Shown here: positions 63,012 to 64,000 of the stretch, piece by piece
Numbering within the stretch: position 1 is the first letter of the stretch
Layout of the letters: the number at the start of each line of letters is the position of its first letter
NCBI GenBank assembly: GCA_051657715.1
Contig: JBOFLF010000015.1
Location: 13,962 to 77,961, forward strand
Direction: 5' to 3'
Length of the DNA: 64,000 nucleotides
Source: Angustibacter sp.
GTDB taxonomy: Bacteria; Actinomycetota; Actinomycetes; Actinomycetales; Angustibacteraceae
Notes under the pieces: model-generated
What the model was told of the DNA's origin: nothing
What the model saw: the letters and a program-made list of their open reading frames with translations, nothing else
Database searches by the model: none
Program-made: the position numbers and the translations under genes

Positions 63012-63223
63012 CTGGTTCGCTCACCCATCCAGGGTGAGCGTCGCAAGAGGGAACCCGGTGAAATTCCGGGACTGCCCCGCAGCGGTGAGCGGGAACGACA
63101 GCCGTCAATCAGCACTGAGCCTGGCACTGCGAGCAGCAGGCCGGGCTTGGGAAGCGACGGCCGGTAGGAGCCGGGCGACACCTACGTCGTCGGCGAGCCC
63201 GCGAGTCCGAAGACCTGCCCGCG
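63012..63223 (+). promoter_or_regulatory. cobalamin (B12) riboswitch, nrdA leader
   Basis: Same core as the first copy (AGAGGGAACCCGGTGAAATTCCGGGACTGCCCCGCAGCGGTGAG) and an identical B12 box AGTCCGAAGACCTGCC (63204-63219). TATAGT at 62997-63002. Confidence 0.85.
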
Positions 63224-63369
63224 CGCCGCACGCGTCCCCGCGTGCGGTCATCGGTCCGCGACCGCGAGGGACGGCGCGAGGACGTCACCGGCTGCGGATC
63301 CACCGCGACCGCAGGCCCCTCGCGTGCTCGACCTGGCGTCACGCCCGCCACCCGAACCCGAGGAGAGCC

Positions 63370-64000
63370 ATGTCGACGCTTGCCGTGACACCGCACCCCG
63401 AATCACCGCAACCTCCCAGCACCACCGCCTGGCCCGCGGAGCCTGTCGGGTCGACCGGTCCACGGCCGCAGATGATGGTCCGCAAGCGCGACGGACGCCT
63501 CGAACCGGTCGACGTCAACAAGATCGTCTGCGCTGTCGACCGGTGCGCGGGCGACCTGGACGCGGTCGACCCGATGCGGGTCGCGACCCGCACGATCAGC
63601 GGCCTGTACGACGGGGCGACGACCGTTGAGCTCGACCGCCTCTCGATCCGTACCGCGGCCGAGCTCGTCGGCGAGGAGCCGCAGTACTCCCAGCTCGCCG
63701 CCCGGCTGCTGGCCGCGCTGATCGACAAGGAGGTGCACGGCCAGGGCGTCGCCTCGTTCAGCCAGAGCATCTCGCTCGGCCACGCCCACGGTCTGATCTG
63801 CGACACCACGGCCGTCTTCGTCGCCGACAACGCCCGCAAGCTGGACGACGCGATCGACCCCGACGCGGACCGGCGGCTGGAGTACTTCGGCCTGCGCACC
63901 GTCTACGACCGCTACCTGCTGCGGCACCCGACGAGTCGGCTGGTCACCGAGACGCCGCAGCATTGGCTGATGCGGGTCGCCTGCGGTCTGGCCCGCACCC
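63370..64000 (+). CDS. nrdA: ribonucleoside-diphosphate reductase large subunit, 5' part (runs off the window)
   Basis: Not in the ORF track because it has no stop inside the window. My translation from the ATG at 63370 (after GAGGAGAG) is MSTLAVTPH...MMVRKRDGRLEPVDVNKIVCAV (ATP-cone) ...LEYFGLRTVYDRYLL (RNR all-alpha N-domain). Confidence 0.8.
   Translation, partial: MSTLAVTPHPESPQPPSTTAWPAEPVGSTGPRPQMMVRKRDGRLEPVDVNKIVCAVDRCAGDLDAVDPMRVATRTISGLYDGATTVELDRLSIRTAAELVGEEPQYSQLAARLLAALIDKEVHGQGVASFSQSISLGHAHGLICDTTAVFVADNARKLDDAIDPDADRRLEYFGLRTVYDRYLLRHPTSRLVTETPQHWLMRVACGLART

Overview
High-GC (about 70% by eye) actinobacterial chromosome segment with about 60 densely packed genes. No rRNA, tRNA, tmRNA, CRISPR array, transposase or integrase could be recognised. 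Most genes are housekeeping. From memory, several blocks match Mycobacterium tuberculosis gene order: prfB-ftsE-ftsX-(M23)-smpB; whiB1-pdtaS; MgtE_N/CBS-DUF1003-...-mrp-...-tatB-rseA-sigE-O-methyltransferase; DUF3117-...-tag-...-LOG-...-dapD; fdx-dapC. Other recognisable genes are pyc, large NAD-GDH, tryptophan 2,3-dioxygenase, dps, pepA, gltA, and metE and nrdA, each behind a cobalamin riboswitch. Non-core content worth attention, best first: (1) a compact Tad-type pilus operon (8.7-13.7 kb, minus strand) shares a promoter region with a divergent FHA + 2TM + triple FtsK/SpoIIIE P-loop ATPase of about 1480 aa (13.9-18.4 kb). That ATPase has EssC/EccC-like architecture, but no type VII partner genes, CpaE/TadZ or prepilin peptidase are nearby. 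This is my best candidate for an undescribed composite system. (2) An orphan GspE/PilB-like ATPase carries tandem MshEN-like (c-di-GMP type) N-terminal motifs and an extra C-terminal double zinc ribbon. (3) An SPPY-type (probably N4-cytosine) DNA methyltransferase is overlapped by a downstream ORF that is broken by two compensating frameshifts, one at a C7 tract. (4) A secreted Cys-rich protein gene with atypical codons sits between mrp and tatB. (5) Short tandem duplications of 12-38 bp are unusually frequent, in frame inside many CDSs and at gene boundaries. All functional calls come from reading the translations; no database search was run. Start codons are often uncertain because the ORF track also uses GTG and TTG starts.
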